Below, in pieces: positions 59,500 to 64,000 of a DNA stretch of 64,000 nt (its first letter is position 1; the number at the start of each line of letters is the position of its first letter). A program made the position numbers and the translations under genes. The DNA lies in NCBI RefSeq assembly GCF_001194135.2, contig NC_068983.1, forward strand, positions 142,902,264-142,966,263, written 5' to 3'. Source of the stretch: Octopus bimaculoides. Lineage: Eukaryota. The notes under the pieces are model-generated. The model saw nothing but the letters and a program-made list of their open reading frames with translations, was not told the origin of the DNA and did no database searches.

Positions 59500-61108
59500 N
59501 NNNNNNNNNNNNNNNNNNNNNNNNNNNNNNNNNNNNNNNNNNNNNNNNNNNNNNNNNNNNNNNNNNNNNNNNNNNNNNNNNNNNNNNNNNNNNNNNNNNN
59601 NNNNNNNNNNNNNNNNNNNNNNNNNNNNNNNNNNNNNNNNNNNNNNNNNNNNNNNNNNNNNNNNNNNNNNNNNNNNNNNNNNNNNNNNNNNNNNNNNNNN
59701 NNNNNNNNNNNNNNNNNNNNNNNNNNNNNNNNNNNNNNNNNNNNNNNNNNNNNNNNNNNNNNNNNNNNNNNNNNNNNNNNNNNNNNNNNNNNNNNNNNNN
59801 NNNNNNNNNNNNNNNNNNNNNNNNNNNNNNNNNNNNNNNNNNNNNNNNNNNNNNNNNNNNNNNNNNNNNNNNNNNNNNNNNNNNNNNNNNNNNNNNNNNN
59901 NNNNNNNNNNNNNNNNNNNNNNNNNNNNNNNNNNNNNNNNNNNNNNNNNNNNNNNNNNNNNNNNNNNNNNNNNNNNNNNNNNNNNNNNNNNNNNNNNNNN
60001 NNNNNNNNNNNNNNNNNNNNNNNNNNNNNNNNNNNNNNNNNNNNNNNNNNNNNNNNNNNNNNNNNNNNNNNNNNNNNNNNNNNNNNNNNNNNNNNNNNNN
60101 NTATATATATATATATATATAAGTTTATATTCATATATATGTATATGTCTGTTTTTATGCATATATATATTTTTGTATAATGTATATATGAATGTTTGCA
60201 TGTATGTATATATAGAGATGCGTGCACGTGTGTATACACATATTGTTGTACCCATAGAAGATACATATTAACTTACAGATGTATCCACATGCAAGATATA
60301 CTTTTACTCATTCACTTCTACACATATGCAACTATTTGTCTGTGTATATGTGCTTGTTGTCATTATATATTCATATAGGTACTATAAAACTTTTCATCAT
60401 TTAATGAAGCTAATGAATTGCAGAAAATAAAGGAATCACATTAACTTAGGTAAAACCATAAAAAGGTTTCAGTTTTTCCCATTTTCCAATTCCAGAGAGT
60501 AAATTCCTTTAGTTGTGTATTTTTTATTTTTTATTTATTTCTAAACAATTAAAGTATAGTAGAATTTAATTGTGATGAAATAGGGGAAAAAAATTACTAA
60601 AATAAACAAACAAAAACAAATTCTTAGTTGAGAAGTGTTTGCTACTCTTGAATTATTTTTTAATGTTTTCAGGAGAGTCCACATGGCTAGCTGTCATCAG
60701 TTTCTTGTGTTCAAAAGGCACAATGAGAATTGCATGGGCTATCAGTATTCAACAATAGCTTAGCCAATCTAGCAGATTAGCATCTGCTGGTAGCAGCTGG
60801 TCGCCATGCAGCTGCTAATATATAATCTAACAAGAGCAGTGACAACCCCAAAATCATTTTTTTAAAAATATTTATTTATTCATTTATTTATTTATTATTT
60901 TTAGTCTCTCGTTTACTTCCTCTGTTTAGCAATACAATAGCAGTAAAGCTAGGAAAATATAACATCTATATGAAAGAGAATTCACGTGTGTGAATGTGCG
61001 TGTATCTGTGTATGCAATTTAAAATTGTGTGTGTTTCTCCGTGCATGTATACCAACATGGCAAGTTGTGCATATAAATGGAAATATATGTATTTACACAC
61101 ATGCATAT

Positions 61109-61144
<36 letters not shown>

Positions 61145-62959
61145 TGTACACAATATACACATTCCTACAAAATAATTAGCAGTTTTATTTCATTTCAGTA
61201 GTTTTGTTTCTGTGCTTGTAGATTCCTATGATTTATAATCATGCTAGTGTGTGTGTGTGCATACATATATATATATATATATATGATGATATATATATAT
61301 TGGTTAAAAAAAAAAAGAATTGGCAGCTTGATAATTCCCTCCATATTTTGTCCTGAGTGAACATTTTATTAAAGTCTTAAACAATATTTAACACAACAGC
61401 AGTAGAATTATTGCATGACAGGTGTTGTTGGACTTATTCCTTTAGCCTACTGGCTGTCATATAGCACAAGTAAATAGCAACTGTTTCTTAATATCTTTTA
61501 TACTTCAGTCCAACCACCATTACCAAATTCTCATTTGCTTTTGTGCTGACAATTTTTCAATCTATCATCTGCAAATTTTCCTTATAAATTATACATTAAA
61601 GAAAAGAGTACATATCCTTTTATTGTATCTCCCTAGCTAATATCCATCAAAGTTATTATTTTAGCCTTCCTTAAGAAGCCTTGGATTCATAGTTACTACA
61701 ATGTTGTCTGATCTGCTGACCCCCACTACAAATAATGGTAGATAGTATCATGGAGTTCTATTTTAACCTTGATCTTTTGTTAAAACTATTTCTTTCATCA
61801 CAGCAACTTGTGCAAAGAATGGAATACTTTTTATTTTTTTGTAGTCTGCCAAGGCTAGGCTGGCTAGTTTGCAATATTCAGATAAGTTTTCAGTAAAGTA
61901 GTTGATGACATAGAAATGGTCCATTGTTGAAAGCCACTCATAAAGCCAGCAGGAACATTTGAATATCCTATCTTTGAACATGTGATTGTTTCCTATTTTT
62001 ATGTCTTTCTATGCCTGCTGATAAAAATTTTTGGTTATAAGATTGTTTTGTTATCTCTCTTTTTTTCTTTTTATTTGTTCAAGCAGCATATGCTGTCACC
62101 TGTTTGTACTTAATTGGGGGAAAACTGCTTCAAGGGGCACATGATAAAGATTCCTTCCATAAACATTTCTATCTCCTGTGTCCTTTTATAGTATTTAGAA
62201 ACTCTTCTGATAACTTAAATGAATTAGTTAAATTCATATTTAATGTAAAATTTTGGCACCTTTTCTTGAAATAAAGTGAGGAAAATCTCCAGTTTAATTT
62301 AACTTAATAATATTGAGTGATATCCTTATTTAGTTAATTTTAAACTCTGTCTCTGCTTATCTACACAAGAAAGGACTCCCCAACACATACAAATAGTCAT
62401 ACTGTTTCTAAATTTTATAACAGACTTGCACACTGTAGGCAACATGTAACATACTGTATGTAACTCAGTGTGTGGTCTGTAATGAATTTGGAAATAATAT
62501 CTAATTGTAACAAAATAACAGTTCGTAGTAAAAAGAAAAAAAGGAGGATGTTCTGTAGACATCTGAGTATGAAAAATCAAAACCTGAATCCTTTTTTTTT
62601 GCTTCTCTTTTAATCATAATTCAAATCTAAGACAAAGTAGAAATATTTCAAGCATAAATTTACATTTTTTTGAAAATGTAATATAGTTTGCATTAATTTT
62701 TGCCTTAAAGTAATATGACATCAACAACCAGGCCAGATTTATCTTATAAAAGTTCTTACCATTCTTTCATTAAAATTTCAAGTGTGAAGCAGTTTTACTT
62801 TGAAAAATAGTTCTATTAGGGGAAAAACCAAAAGCTGTATTCAAATTTTCATATGTAAAAAAGCCAGAAAAGCCTTTAGCTGTCACTTGCAAGTGAGTAT
62901 GGCATCATAGCATGTACCAGGCTTTTGTTAATTGTTTTTGGCTGTCTGTGTAGATATCA

Positions 62960-63180
62960 ATATTGATACTCTCTTGGCTCTCTCACACTTCACTGAACAG
63001 AACATCCTTGATGTGACAGCAGGAGGCAGAAGATGCTGGTATTCTTTTATTGCTGAGCAAACTGGAGCAATGTGAAATGAAGTGCCTGGCTCAAGGAGAC
63101 AACAAGAACACAATAGACCACCTAGTCCAGGAATCAAACTCACATCATAATGATCTTAGGTTCAATTCCACTAGGCCACT
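62960..63180 (-). mobile_element. tRNA-derived SINE, degenerate
   Basis: ACTGGAGCAATGTGAAATGAAGTGCCTGGCTCAAGG and GGAATCAAACTC segments. Confidence 0.6.
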
Positions 63181-63617
63181 ACCTAATTAATATATAGTTA
63201 CCTAAGTATCTAAATGATATATAGGTTATAATATAAAAAGATATGACTTGTGTTTGCTTAATTTGTGTGTGCATATGTGTGTGAATCTTTGCATTGATAC
63301 TGTTTGTTCAGTGGTGATATTACTTATGTCCTGCATAAACGAAATGTCCAGAGGCTCAGTAATTTGATATGCTAAGATGTGGAATAAAATTCTTTCATGA
63401 AAATAAGGGTTAGCATCAGAAAGGGCATCTAACCAAGGAATATTGCCTCAAGAAGTGTTGTCCAACCCATGTCAGCATGGACATAAAAATGAAATTATGT
63501 TATCAACATTATTTTACATTCACTTTCCATATTGGGTTGGGTTGGATGGGTTGCTGTGATACGAGTCAGTTCTTATTCAGAGTTACAGGCCTCCTAGATG
63601 GTTCATGGAACCACATC

Positions 63618-64000
63618 TGGATCTTTTTTAAAACGGGGGCCACATTTTTCATTAACGAAACACTTTGAAACTTGGAACACTGGTAGAATGTGTCATATAA
63701 AACATCTTTTTCTCTTAGTCTTCTTAAAAAAAAAAGAAATCCATAAGTTATTCCATGTTAAAGTTGTCGTATTTCTGTAATTTCAACCAATCACTGACGT
63801 CCATTCAGCCGATATACATTAAGTGCCGACTACATAAACAAACGATTCTGAAACAATTAACCCTAACCCTAACCCTAATCCTAGGGTTAGGGTTAGGGTT
63901 AGGGTTAGGGTTAGGGTTAAAGCAAATTTAAAATGAAAAAAGCAAATAAAACGAAGGTATGGAGATTAAATACGCTTTACATCGCTTAATCAGCCAAAGG
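63618..64000. mobile_element. Young non-autonomous DNA-type element, truncated by the window end
   Basis: Abrupt CpG retention and CCAATCACTGACGTC motif; no ORF; hosts the telomeric palindrome. Boundaries and class are inferred. Confidence 0.45.
63857..63920. repeat. Inverted telomeric repeat array: TTAA-(CCCTAA)3-TCCT|AGGG-(TTAGGG)5-TTAA
   Basis: Direct reading; symmetry axis between 63882 and 63883. Confidence 0.95.

Noticed and set aside
60673-60760. Strong acceptor followed by short open frames
   Set aside because: All frames close within 30 codons, with no WSC cysteines or convincing donor.
63857-63920. Ancestral chromosome end-to-end fusion site
   Set aside because: A fusion gives (TTAGGG)n then (CCCTAA)n; the order here is reversed and the array is very short.

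Overview
AT-rich, repeat-dense eukaryotic genomic DNA, most likely a coleoid cephalopod (Octopus-like). That is an inference from the SINE/RTE tail families, the microsatellite load and TTAGGG repeats. Assembly gaps: 17005-17195, 40202-40602, 45131-45140, 45895-45904, 50442-50451, 59500-60101. Most listed ORFs are transposon debris or microsatellite artefacts. Mobile-element relics include RTE LINEs (several copies), CR1, I/Jockey, Penelope RT, Gypsy, piggyBac, Tc1, DD37D/maT, a mariner MITE and tRNA-derived SINEs. Three signals are not shown by the ORF track. (1) A plus-strand gene can be assembled by hand: TATA/Inr at ~27.9 kb, a signal-peptide exon, 24-nt and 23-nt micro-exons, a 97-nt exon and a WSC-domain exon at 54013-54154, all phase-compatible. 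A second WSC first-half exon lies upstream at 13922-14054, and I found no matching second-half exon for either. (2) Six hammerhead-ribozyme-like motifs of the Penelope type occur in small non-coding repeats; the one at 59085-59206 has an intact core and a ~96-nt extended stem II. (3) A TTAA-flanked palindrome of telomeric repeats sits at 63857-63920. There is also an unidentified coding-like minus-strand sequence at 1-800 and 2640-3100, and a hairpin array with a compensatory change in an RTE 3' UTR. All structures and gene models are by-eye and untested.
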